Source: Microthyrium microscopicum (taxonomy: Eukaryota). From it: 64,000 bases of DNA. How positions within the stretch are numbered: position 1 is the stretch's first letter; each line of letters begins with the position of its first letter. Shown piece after piece: positions 49,612-62,070 of the stretch. The position numbers and the translations under genes were made by a program. The notes beneath the pieces were generated by a model. That model had not been told where the DNA came from. It saw only the letters and a list, made by a program, of their open reading frames with translations, and did no database searches. Where the stretch lies: the NCBI GenBank assembly GCA_010405405.1, contig MU004230.1, forward strand, positions 1,832,627 through 1,896,626. The letters run 5' to 3'.

Positions 49612-52255
49612 ATGGGAAGAAATGAAGCTGATACTGGCTTGGCAGTCAGCCACGAGAAGGTGTCAACAGCTACCAAATTGGGCATATCAGCAGAGTCTTT
49701 CCAGCGTCGAGTGGTTGTGGAAGGGGACGATCAACTGAACCATACTATCAAGAAGCGACATTTACAGATGATAGCGATTGGTGGCTCAATTGGATCTGGG
49801 TTATTTGTTGGATCAGGTGGCGCTTTATCCAAGGGTGGACCTGCTTCCCTTGTACTTGGCTTCGCCATCATTGGTGTTTTGCTCTTCAACGTTGGTCCGT
49901 TCAATGTCTACCAAAGCTGGCATCTTCCCATTGAGTATGATGTTTGCCATCTAGTAACGTTTTACATCGACTGTTCACCTTCCCATCGAGTGCGCAAAAG
50001 ATCGAGCATCTTATCACACTGGACGCGAAAGAAAACACTTGATGATGAATCGTTATAGATAGTAGACATCGCATTTAATGGAAGGGCAAGTTCTAATATA
50101 GATATGGGACTGTGCTAAACCCCATTCTAGTCTACGCTCTGGGCGAGATGGCGGTCTTGTTTCCCGTTGCCGGCAGTTTTTATACATATTCAGTACGATT
50201 CATTGACCCAGCTTGGGGCTTTGCTATGGGCTGGAACTATGTTTTTCAATGGTAAGATATCCCAAAGAACTCGATGGCTCCCATAGGATGTGATGGGATC
50301 TCATCACGAAATACTGACAAAGATCTAGGGCGATCGTACTTCCCTTAGAACTGACCGTGGCTGCTCTAACTGTCGGCTTCTGGGGTACCAACGTCAACGT
50401 TGGAGTCTGGATCACAGTGTTCTTGGTGATTATAGTCGCTCTCAACGTGTTCGGTGTCCTTGGCTACGCTGAAGGAGAATTTTGGGCCTCAATTCTCAAA
50501 CTCAGTGCAGTGGTCATCTTCTTGGTTATCGCAACCGTTCTTGTATCTGGAGGAGCACCGCCTAACAATATGGGGAGATTCTGTTCTACGAATCCTAATA
50601 TCACAAGCTGTTACCGAGAATACTGGGGCACCAGGAATTGGGTCAATCCAGGGCCATTCCGGAACGGCTTCCAAGGATTCTGCTCGGTCTTTGTCACTGC
50701 AGCTTTCGCCTACTCTGGAACAGAACTGGTAAGTTTTCCCCCAAATAATTATCTCATCTTCTTGGCGGAAAACCAATCCTGGAGTTCAGAGCTGAATGCT
50801 ACGATATGTTATGGTAGCCATCGAATGCTATTGGAGCATCGAATACGTGACATTGTCGAACTAAACCGCGAAAAGTAAGACTGTTATGGTTTTTCCTCAA
50901 CAGACCGCAACAAGATGTAATCTGATAAACTCGTTGGCTACCATGACACTCGATGGCTATCACATGATGCTAATCAAGAATGCTAATCAACATATTCCAG
51001 GTTGGACTCGCGGCGTCGGAATCAAAAAATCCAGCAAAATATCTGCCTGGCGCAGTCAAGCAAGTATTTTGGCGCATCATCCTATTCTATGTTCTTGCTC
51101 TTTTCTTTATCGGTTTGCTGGTTCGATCAGATGACGATCGGCTACTTGGTAGCGGAGGACTTATCGACGTCAATTCTTCTCCATTCGTCATCGTCGCGGT
51201 CAACGCAGGTCTGAAGGGCTTTGATTCGTTTATCAACGTGATCATATTGATCTCTGTTGTTTCGATAGGCATGTCAGGTGTATACGGCGGGTAATACTCC
51301 CTTGTGTTGAACCACATATCTGGAAGACACCTGATGGAAACGAAAATTACCATATTTCCCATCGCACTCCATGGCTACCATAGAATGCATTCTTAATCGA
51401 GTGCTATGGTTCCCACCGAATGCGATGGGTACTTACGGTTCGGGTCTATTCAGGCATGTAGGCTCTAATCGTGATCTTTATACTGACAAATTCCAGATCT
51501 CGTTGTCTGACTGCTCTTGCTGATCAGGGTTTCGCTCCAAAGCTATTTTCCTATGTCGACAAAGCAGGTCGACCTCTTCCTGCAACGGCTTTAATTCTAG
51601 CATTTGGCCTGTTAGCCTATGTCAACATAGCAGCTGCAGGTTCAGTCATCTTCGACTGGCTTTTGGCACTTAGTGGCCTCGCCACCCTCTTCACCTGGGG
51701 ATCGATCTGCTGGGCTCACATCCGTTTCCGAAAGGCTTGGAAGCTACAAGGTCATACTCTTGATGAGATTCCCTTCAGAGCTGCCTGGGGTGTCTACGGA
51801 TCGTGGCTTGGCCTCATCGTGATATTTTTCGTCCTCCTTGCTCAGGTATGTCAATCCCACAGTATACCCCTGATAAAGCAGAGTCGATGGCGGGCATCGG
51901 CATTGATGTGGCCAGGGCATTTATTTTGCTACTTGTTGAATTTGTCTGGATCTTTCGCCCTGAGACTAACTGATCGTAGTTCTACGTCGCTATTTCTCCA
52001 ATCGTACTGCCAGGAAAACCATCTCTGGCACCTCAAGAGCGAGCTCAAAGCTTCTTCAAGGCTTACTTAGCGCTTCCAGTAGTATTGCTATTCTACGTCT
52101 GTGGTTCGCTATGGAAAGGATCTCGCATAATGCGTGCTTCAGACATTGACATAGACACTGGTCGGAGAGTGGTTGACTGGGAAGTCATTAACAAAGAACG
52201 GCAACGTATAGCCAGTATGGGCTTTGGGAAAAGACTATATCACAAGCTCTTCTAA
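49612..52255 (+). CDS. Yeast amino acid transporter (YAT/Gap1-like) permease, 6 exons
   Basis: Contains KRHLQMIAIGGSIGSGLFVGSG, YALGEMAVLFP, FVTAAFAYSGTELVGLAASE, KQVFWRI, YVDKAGRP and DIDIDTGRR. Introns 49895-50130, 50252-50328, 50729-51000, 51291-51496, 51846-51979. Confidence 0.95.
49911..51909. repeat. Intronic arrays of a degenerate 19-bp palindromic unit CCATCG-N4-CGATGG-N3
   Basis: Units start at 49928, 49947, 49964, 49983, 50047, 50066, 50262, 50281, 50818, 50941, 51359, 51378, 51394, 51413 and 51894. All lie inside introns of the permease. Confidence 0.75.
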
Positions 52256-52434
52256 AGCGGCTAGAAAAAGCGGCTAGAAGATAATCAAACCAATACTATT
52301 ATAGGTCTCAAGCTAAAACTGTCAAGATTTTGTCTCTAGTATCTTGAATCCAAGAAAATATTAGATGTGAAACAAGCAGTTTCTTATAATTAAGGTAAGT
52401 TGATCCAGTAAACTTCCAAAAGCTTTCTAATCAA

Positions 52435-53386
52435 CTATTTCCATGCGAGAATCTCAGATTGCAGTGACTGGAAGTGTTAGTGTATGAATGCGATGGAGAA
52501 TTGTCTATCTTGTGGCTGCTAGCACAGATCGTAACGCACAGGGGAATCTTACCGCATACCAAGCATCTTCCGTTGCCGCCCATTGCTCTGCAGCACGCAT
52601 TGCCTGTCCAATTTCCTCCTCAGAGATTCCAGCATCCAGCCAGCTCTGGCGCACAGGGTCTCCCTCCTTCAATTGCCCAGTGACTCGCCAAGCGAGGAAC
52701 TGTCGAGTTTGCTTCCCAGCAAACACCCTCGCTCCGGCGCCAATTTCGACTTTACCTCCATCAACATCGTAGCCAACACTGCGAAGAAGTGCCGGCATGA
52801 TCGTTCCCGTAGGATCTGCTGGAGGAGCGCCTTTAGCCAGCGCTTTGCGCGCATTCAGTGCCCATAAGCGATCAAGGTCGAAACTTTGTGGGTAAAAGTG
52901 ATGGGCCACTCCATCCCGCGAAGCAAAGACTCCTCCTGTCTTCAGTACTCGTCGTAGTTCCTTCAAAGCTTGGCGTGGGAGGTCTGGTGGTGGGATATGT
53001 CCAAATAGCTGGGAGCAAAACACAACGTCAAAAGTGTCGTCAGGAAAGGAGAGCCCTTCCAGGACATTGCCTAGCTCGAAAGTGACAGAACCAGGTCCTT
53101 CAGTAGGGATTTCCGCATCAGCAGCTAACGTCTTTGCCTTCTGGAGAACATCCTCTGAGATGTCAATGCCGATTATTGTGCCAGCGCTAGCGTGTTTGAC
53201 CAGTCCTATGGTGATGGAGCCCGGCCCACAACCAACATCGAGAATATGGTCCGTCTTTTTGATATGTGGTAAGAGAAAGGCGGCATCTTGTTCCGCCTTA
53301 CGAACTTCGTGAGTTGCAGTAGTGTATTTTGAGTGGCCTTGTGTATAACTGTGCTGCCCACCATCTGCACTATTCATGGTTGCCAT
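52435..53386 (-). CDS. Class I SAM-dependent methyltransferase (UbiE/Methyltransf_11-like)
   Basis: Motif I ILDVGCGPGSIT, plus GIDIS, FPDDTFDVVF and LRRVLKTGG. Intron 52468-52552 gives the end WYA|SLQSEILAWK*. Confidence 0.9.
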
Positions 53387-53508
53387 GATATCTTGAAACT
53401 CAGTGTGTTGCTTTTCCTTTGTCTAAATCTCTGAAGAGTACAAGATGTACCAAGGATATACTTTGAGTTGCTGCCTAGAAAGACCAAGCGCAGCGGTTTA
53501 CCTGCTAC

Positions 53509-53557
53509 TATATATAAATTGCCTATCCTCGTCAGCCTCGTCAGCCTTGTCAGCCTT
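53509..53557 (-). promoter_or_regulatory. TATA-like element plus a triple 9-bp direct repeat upstream of the methyltransferase
   Basis: TATATATAAA near 53509-53518. CCTCGTCAG-CCTCGTCAG-CCTTGTCAG at 53527-53553, about 140-170 bp upstream of the ATG. Confidence 0.4.
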
Positions 53558-53768
53558 ATAGATCTCCCAGCTCTTCAACATGTGAATTGGCGCAAATTAC
53601 TCAGGTAGCCAGATTCCACTCCTTTATATTGCGTGAAATAGAATGATCACCTTTTCTAAGATCACATATGACTGCTAGCTTTGTACATGCTGAATTATAT
53701 TTATACTTGATGCGGATGTTTCTGGCCCAATTCCTTTGTTGAACGGCAAAGGCAGTACGGCTAGCAAC

Positions 53769-55992
53769 CTAGCTTGTCTCAGCAATAGGTTCAAAGATGC
53801 CCCAACTATTGTTCATATCTAAGTCAAGATCCCCCCAGAATCCTTCTATTGGAAATGCATTGGTGTCAGCACTAAATGTACCATCCGCCAGAGCACTAGC
53901 ACTGGAGGCAGTGTCATCAAATGTGAAAGATGTAGTAGAATCTTGCAGTAACGCTTTATTTTGAAGTAAATTAGCCAGTTTTCCAATACGGGATTGAATA
54001 GCACGTATGGCTGATTGCTTACCTGTGCTCCTGCTAGAAGCAACCACGGTTGCTGCTTCTGTCTCCTCTCCACGAAGAACTAAATCGGCCATGGGACTAG
54101 ATGCAAATTTGTTGCGTACACGTAAAGCAATATCAATTGAGCCATCGGCATCTCTGAAAATCCTGTCGTTTTGCCAAAGCTTTTCTGCCAAAGTACCTCC
54201 TCTATCTCCAGAATCCCCCTTCTGGACAGAGCAGGATTTGAGAAACTCTACCAATTTGAGATAGAGTCCAGCGCCATATTCTTGGTCTTCAAGAGTCAAA
54301 AGCGAGCCTCTGACAAGTCGCAAGATATGTGAGCCACCCATCAAGATCGCGAGGGTGACGAAGCAGGGACAAGCATCGCTAGGAGCACATGGAGTTTCCT
54401 GATCCAGAACGAGTTCAAGTAGCCTGGTAGCGGAGCTAAAGATAGACTGACATGACTTGACGTTCGAAGTTTCCGGTGATTTGAAGAAATGCATGGCAGT
54501 GACTTCGTGTCGAGCCACGGCGATATATATTAAGTCGCTTGCTGTTGCAAACGTAAGCATTCCAGATAGCTCTGTATGATAGACATGCACCTACATGATA
54601 TTAATCCAGACTCGATACGGTCGATCTGACTATTTAGTCTTTCTAGAACCAGGTCCAAGGCGTGTTCGTCCTGCAAGGTCATTGTCTGTAAATTAAGAGC
54701 GACAAATGCTTTCTGAGCTCTTATGATGATGCTAGAAAGCTTGAATTGCAACTGTAATGTCGGTGCTAGCTCTGCTAGAGCATCCTTGAATCTGGGCTGC
54801 TCATTATATGCTTCAAGAGACATGAGAGCTGGCTGGCCAGAGTTTGTACATATGCTAAAGGACAAGAGGTTAGTACAATTCTCGTCTCTGAAAGATAAGA
54901 AAATTCGTACCGTTGGTAAACAATGACAGCGTAAGCCCATAGTTTCGTGCCCTCTAGACCTAGTCCGGAGGTTCCATCAAGGTGTGCCGTATGTAATCCA
55001 CATTGCATCGCCATGTGAATAATGGTCCCACCGAGAGCGAACTGGGAAGTCCGATGAAACGTATTGGATGGAAAAGGCCACGTGAGGAACAGAATCAAGG
55101 CTTTGACCAAGTCTATAGGGATTACCTTTGGATTCATTGACACCATGACTTGGCTGGTGACTAGAGGGGAGAGCGATTGTACTAGAGTTGGGTGCTTTTC
55201 GTAGCCACGGGATCCTAGAGACAATACGACCCAGAAGAGGAGTGTTGAACGCTCATATAATTTGTCTGCTGACATTGAAGAGTCGAGCACGGGGAGTTGA
55301 GGATGGAATTTCTGATGATATCTGTTATAAGAATTAACATATTCCATCTCGGGAACTGTTTGATGCAATCACAAAACGAGTGGCGTCAAAGAGTCTTCAT
55401 CGAAGAATGCCAGAATAAGGAATAGCTCCATACCGTATGAAGCAATCATCGATAATTGTTGCAGTGACTTCAATGCCATTTATTGTTCTGGATTGAGTGG
55501 TTCGCTTGGTAGCTGCGGGATCGATGCATGGAACTGTTTATCCGGATATTCTAATTATTCAATGACCATTGGAGAGAGACAGCAAGATGTTCGCAGCCGC
55601 ACAAGCACTAAATGGTACTTACGTGGCTGGCTGGGTGTGATAGATTGTAGTTCGCGCTGTAGAGCGACGGTCTGCTTCTCAAGTTCCTCAATTCTTCTAG
55701 AGTACAGTCACAAATGTTAGAAAGTGGTCTCAATCACCAGATCCGAAGCACCGACTTTCGTTTGTGTACTCGTTCAAATGGTGTCGAGAACATGCAGGAG
55801 ATATTCAAACGAGCGCAGCGAGTACACGGAGCTGAGCCATCATTGGATTCCACCACGCATCGCATCTAGCAATTGGATTTGAGGTAAGTGGAAGTTCTGC
55901 AGGTTTTCCTTATGATGGCCAACCTTTTGCTGTCTACATTCTACACACGCCTTCTTTCTACGGCCACCCCCTTTCTCTGCCAAAGTGTCCAT
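53769..55992 (-). CDS. Zn(II)2Cys6 transcription factor (Leu3/Sef1-like) with fungal middle-homology region
   Basis: Spliced KKACVECRQQK|MRCVVESNDGSAPCTRCARLNISC, then IDDCFIRYHQKFHPQLPVL and LILFLTWPFP...MAMQCGLH. Seven introns inferred. Confidence 0.88.
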
Positions 55993-56841
55993 CAGTCACG
56001 ACTTCTGGGAGAGGTGTAGTGCGAATTGGAGTAAAAGACTGTAGAAATCGCTTCAGAGGCAAGCTATCTCATCTCTTTAAGAAGATTATGAGGTTGCTGC
56101 CTAGAAGTCTAACAGAATATTCGACATTGCATTCAATTGATGTCGTATATTGAATCACGTGGAAGCCGATCTATTTATAGAAAGTGCCAGTACTCCGCAG
56201 CATGTTTCGTCTTGGACCGGTAGGATAATTTCAATCGACATATTTTACTGACGAACAGGTACATCGAAATGTACTGCATAACCTTCGATAGATGAGACGT
56301 TATCCTGATTCCTGCACGAGGATCTGGCTGTTGACGCACAGCGGGGCCATCGGAATTATAGGATTCTGATCCACTGTACTGTACGGTAAGAGCGGCAAAG
56401 ACAAGGTGCAGTGCTGCGCCTCCCAATAATGTCGCACGGAGCGCTCAGAATGCGCCTCTCGTATTGTGTAAGCCAGTGATGGAGCAGTATTTCACTTAGT
56501 AAGTCTTTGTTTCGTGCGGCGATCTGTTGCACTGTGCGGCGAGGCTAGATTTAGGTGAGAGGCACGGTAGAATCCCAAACGGCTGACGACACTTTTTGGC
56601 CTATCGAACTGTCTTGTTGGTGGTGTTGGTGGTGGTGGAGCCTGGCGTTTGGGCTGTCTGGTAACCTCCTTTATCTGAGTACGTCTGCCTACCACCACCT
56701 TCATCCTTCATCCCACTTCCTTCAAACTTCCTCTTTCACGGGGATTTTATACTATCTTCTTCTTCTTTTAAGCCCTGTAGTACCTTTCAATACTTGCACT
56801 CTCTTTTCGTAGCATTTCCTTACTATCATACAACCACCATC

Positions 56842-58062
56842 ATGCAGGGCGCCATCGCAAGCCATCTCGTCAAGAGAGGCGTCAGCTTTGCCTCCAAGTG
56901 CTTGAAGCACAAGCAGGATGGACACAACCAAGCTGCCAATGTAGACAAATGGATCCAAATTCAGAACACACCATCTCCAGCACAGGATATGGCCCAACGC
57001 TTCAAGACTCCCGGTGCTGTCATCACTCTTGGACTTACGGCCCTTGTCTTCATCATCCTTGGTGCTGCTCTCGAGTACTCCATTCGATTCGTCGCTACCA
57101 ACTTAGCCATTGTCGAAAACACCGAAGACTCTGGCCGCATTGCTCTCACTAGCAACGAACCCGATGCCCCTCTGAGCAAGACTGCTCTGCTCGACGATTT
57201 CGATGGCGAAGAGCAAAAGCTACCAATTGGTGAATTCGTCCCCAGCAAGCCCATTACAAGCAAGCTTCGAACAACTTTCAAGCACCTTCACTCTGTTGGT
57301 GGTTTCCGATCTCGATTCCGTGGACTAGGAATGGCTATATTTTACCAGCTTGCCCTCATTGTCTTCACTGCCCTCTTCAACGTATTCTTCGCCGCCCTGG
57401 GCCCAGTTGGTATGTGGATGGCTTCTACCGCGGCCGCTGTTGTATCTTGCAACATCCACGCTGCCTGGACGCACGCCACTATTGCTGCACCATCTAGCAA
57501 GTCATTCTTCCAACGCTTCCTTGCCCGCAAAGTTGCCTGCCAAATGATCATGCCAACTCTCCGCCTTCAGACCACTATTGGTTTGATGCATGCTTCAGTT
57601 GTTGGATCTGGCTATCTAGCCGTTGCCGCTTTCAACGCAAGCAAGGCACCACATTGGGTTTCCGCCAACCTTGCCTTCCTTCCCGTAGCCACTGGCATTC
57701 TCACTGGACTCCTCCTTGTTATTCCATCATACATTGCGCTTATCCGCACTGAGGCTTCCCTCATGCCAGAAGACATGACTGCCATCGTACCATTTGACCG
57801 CACCTTTGGCGGCCGTATGCTCGTTCAGTCCGATACTTGCGGACGCCGTTATTTCCAAACCTGCACCGTTCGTGGTGCTTGGACCTTGTTCAGCCGTGAC
57901 ACCTATAAGCGTGTCCTCAAGATGCAAGTTCGCTTCGTCGCCATTATCTTTGCCTTGACCGTGGTCTTTACCGGTATCTTCATGACCGAGGCTTACGTCA
58001 TTTCTGGTGGCAAGGAGGAGTTGAACAAGCTTTGGGTGCAATTCCAGGCTACTCGTCAGTAA
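56842..58062 (+). CDS. Conserved fungal multi-pass membrane protein of unknown function
   Basis: Long intronless ORF with codon-biased sequence and about 6 TM helices. Contains YSIRFVATNLAIVE, PITSKLRTTFKHL, RFRGLG and RTEASLMPEDMTAIVPFDRTFGG. Confidence 0.8.
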   Translation: MQGAIASHLVKRGVSFASKCLKHKQDGHNQAANVDKWIQIQNTPSPAQDMAQRFKTPGAVITLGLTALVFIILGAALEYSIRFVATNLAIVENTEDSGRIALTSNEPDAPLSKTALLDDFDGEEQKLPIGEFVPSKPITSKLRTTFKHLHSVGGFRSRFRGLGMAIFYQLALIVFTALFNVFFAALGPVGMWMASTAAAVVSCNIHAAWTHATIAAPSSKSFFQRFLARKVACQMIMPTLRLQTTIGLMHASVVGSGYLAVAAFNASKAPHWVSANLAFLPVATGILTGLLLVIPSYIALIRTEASLMPEDMTAIVPFDRTFGGRMLVQSDTCGRRYFQTCTVRGAWTLFSRDTYKRVLKMQVRFVAIIFALTVVFTGIFMTEAYVISGGKEELNKLWVQFQATRQ

Positions 58063-58515
58063 GCCATTCACGAATGAATTGTTGAATAGTTGTCAAGGAA
58101 CAAATGGATAGAGCAGGCTCCAGCTACGAATGCTGCTGATAAAACCTTGTCATATATAACGGTGTTTTGGAGGATGGATTGTGATGGATGTTTTCTTTGA
58201 GTTATGAGCATTGTATTTCTTATAGTCAGACTGAAATAATGGATCCTTCTTCGCCCCATTATGTGTTCTCCAGGATTTAAGAGTCCTCACGATCAGAGTG
58301 TTTGACAAAACTTATACCATTTACCTAATGAGCCATCCTGATCAAGTACTGTGAAATTACCTACCGGTACGCAACTTCTAGCATCTGAAATGATTACTTA
58401 CGGTCAAGTCAAAATAAGTTAGTACAATACTTCTCTGGGAAGCTACTATTTAGATCGACGCGGCCCGTAACTGGTGCACGGCCCGACATAACTTTGGGAT
58501 TTTAAGTTTCTATAA

Positions 58516-59983
<1,468 letters not shown>

Positions 59984-60259
59984 GTTGAGCTCGACAACTG
60001 TATCCTTGCTTTGAATTATTTGCATTGCGAAAGGTTGGGATTCCATAGATAGAAAATCCCAATACCAGATATTATATGAACATTACCGCATCTCATCTCT
60101 TTTTAGTAGCACTTTTGGAAGGTAGAAAAGGGAAGCAAACCTTCCAAGAGATCATCGACCATCTTATTCCTAGAGGTACTATAAACATCACTAGAGTACG
60201 CCAGCGCAGACACATTGACATGGTAACAGTTAATCCTCCATCCGCCATTGAATAGGAGA

Positions 60260-61573
60260 TCAATCTCCCGTGATATCATCCGGTAGCTGTTCTATAGCAT
60301 CCTCAAGCAGGCCCATAAGTTCATCCACGTCAGGTCTTTCCGAAGGTTCCACGCTCAAACATTTTCTTACAATATCCTTGACTGGAGCGCTAACACCATC
60401 TTCTTTGGGTGCCTCTTCCGCTGCGACTTTTTGCTGTCTGCCATGACTTTGCGCTTGCAGTTGCTCGTCTGGAAATCTCCAATCTCCGCCGAGCACGCAC
60501 AGACTTAGACTGCCACCTGTCTCATCGCTGCGTGCTTCAAAGGGCGATTTACCCACAAGGCACGCATATAGCGTACAGCCGACGGACCAAATGTCGACCT
60601 TTGTGTCGATCGTGGTGTCGGATTTGACATCAAATAGCTCAGGTGCACGGTATGGCATGGTGCTGTGCTCAGCAGCTTCATCCTGAACGGCGATAGCTTG
60701 CGAGCGGGATGTTATGGGTGTTGGCGAGGGCGCGATAGATCCAAGATCCATAAGAATGGGAGTTAGCCCATCATCATCGATCATAATGTTCCCTGTAAGC
60801 ATGATTAGCCAAAAGCTTTGCATTAGAAATGTGTGGGTATTACCAGGCTTGATATCCCGATGCGCATACGCCCTCTGCTGCCCAACTCTCATGCCCTCCT
60901 GCGACCTCGTAACTTCCGAATCCATAAGCGGCTGCTCTACATCCTCATCCTCATGTCTCTCCTCGGCCGCGCTCCTATCCGCCCTGGCCGCTTGCTCTCT
61001 GACTTGCCTGGCACTCTGCGCACTCTGCGGGGCGCCACCCACTTTGTACTGATGCATCGCCTTGAGCGCGCGACACACGCCCACCATCAACTTCATCAGT
61101 CTTTTCTCTGGGAACTTTGTATGGTTCACGAGATTCGCATTGATGACATCTTGCAGGTTGCCGCGCCGGTAGTATGGCAGCAGCACATAGACTGTTTTCG
61201 CGCCGGGGTCATTCTTGTCGCTGGCAACACTGTGGTCGATGCTGGGTATTATGTTTGGATTGGGGGTGAACAGCTTGTAAGCTTCGACTTCTTTGAGGGC
61301 GTGGGAGACGGATTCTTGGCCGAAGGGGCAGCGGATCTTTTTGAGGGCGTAGAGGGCGTGCGTGGATGTGTCTTCAACGAGGTAGACGTAGGAGAAGCCG
61401 CCCTGGGTGGATCGTTAGTGAAGAGGGAGTGGATGGTGGGTGGTGGTACTGACTTCGCCGAGTAGGCGGAGGATCTTGAAGCTCCGGCTGTTGATGCGGA
61501 GCTGGGGGGAGCTTGGGAAGCAGACGAGACAGCTGGATATGGAGTAGAATACGTCTAGTAGTACCGACGCCAT
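60260..61573 (-). CDS. ENV7: NAK-family Ser/Thr kinase Env7/STK16
   Basis: N-terminal Cys motif SCLVCFP. Contains LLGE|GGFSYVYLV, ALKKIRCPFG, HRDIKPGNIM, MDLGS and EHSTMPYRAPELF. Introns 61403-61453 and 60793-60843. Confidence 0.9.
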
Positions 61574-62070
61574 CGCGAGATTTGGTTTGGCAGAGCGTAA
61601 TAGAGGAATCGAGGAAAGTAAGCAGACACTTGTTCGGAGCTTCAATGAAAACGAGCGATTCCGCTCTAAGTGGTCACAGCTGGTGTTGAGTTGGACTTGA
61701 GGTTTTGGCTAGCCGAGCAAGCAGTGTTCCTGGATGTAGAGCGTCGGAGGCGATGACAATCCTATAAGCCCATGCGAATGAAGTCAAGAGGATATAATAA
61801 GAGGCGGTAGGTCAAACTCCAAGTTGGTGAAGCAATTCAGCATCAGCATGGCTGGGGGCCAAGGAACGATTGGGATGCACTGCCTGCACTCAATGTTGCC
61901 CCTTGGCCTTCGTTGACCATCAACCTCATTTCGTAGCATATATCCGGATTGTAGGAGTGTCGCAACGGATATAATCGATAAACAGCAGATTTATAAGATT
62001 GACTATTCAGTAAGCGGATTGGACGCTGGAAAAGACTGCTATAGTCACGGACTTGAGCCATTGACACGAG

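Noticed and set aside
49911..51909. CRISPR-like reading of the palindromic repeats
   Set aside because: The locus is eukaryotic and intron-containing. Units are degenerate and abut with 3-4 nt gaps rather than 25-45 nt unique spacers, and there are no cas genes.
52254..52279. 13-bp tandem duplication AAAGCGGCTAGAA x2 at the permease stop
   Set aside because: A simple slippage-type duplication, with no element between the copies to make it a target-site duplication.
60833..61465. 210-aa antisense ORF over ENV7, and similar shadows at 844-1425, 20113-20673, 22456-22896 and 32358-33023
   Set aside because: These are antisense open frames expected from codon bias or skew in the real genes, and they show no motifs.
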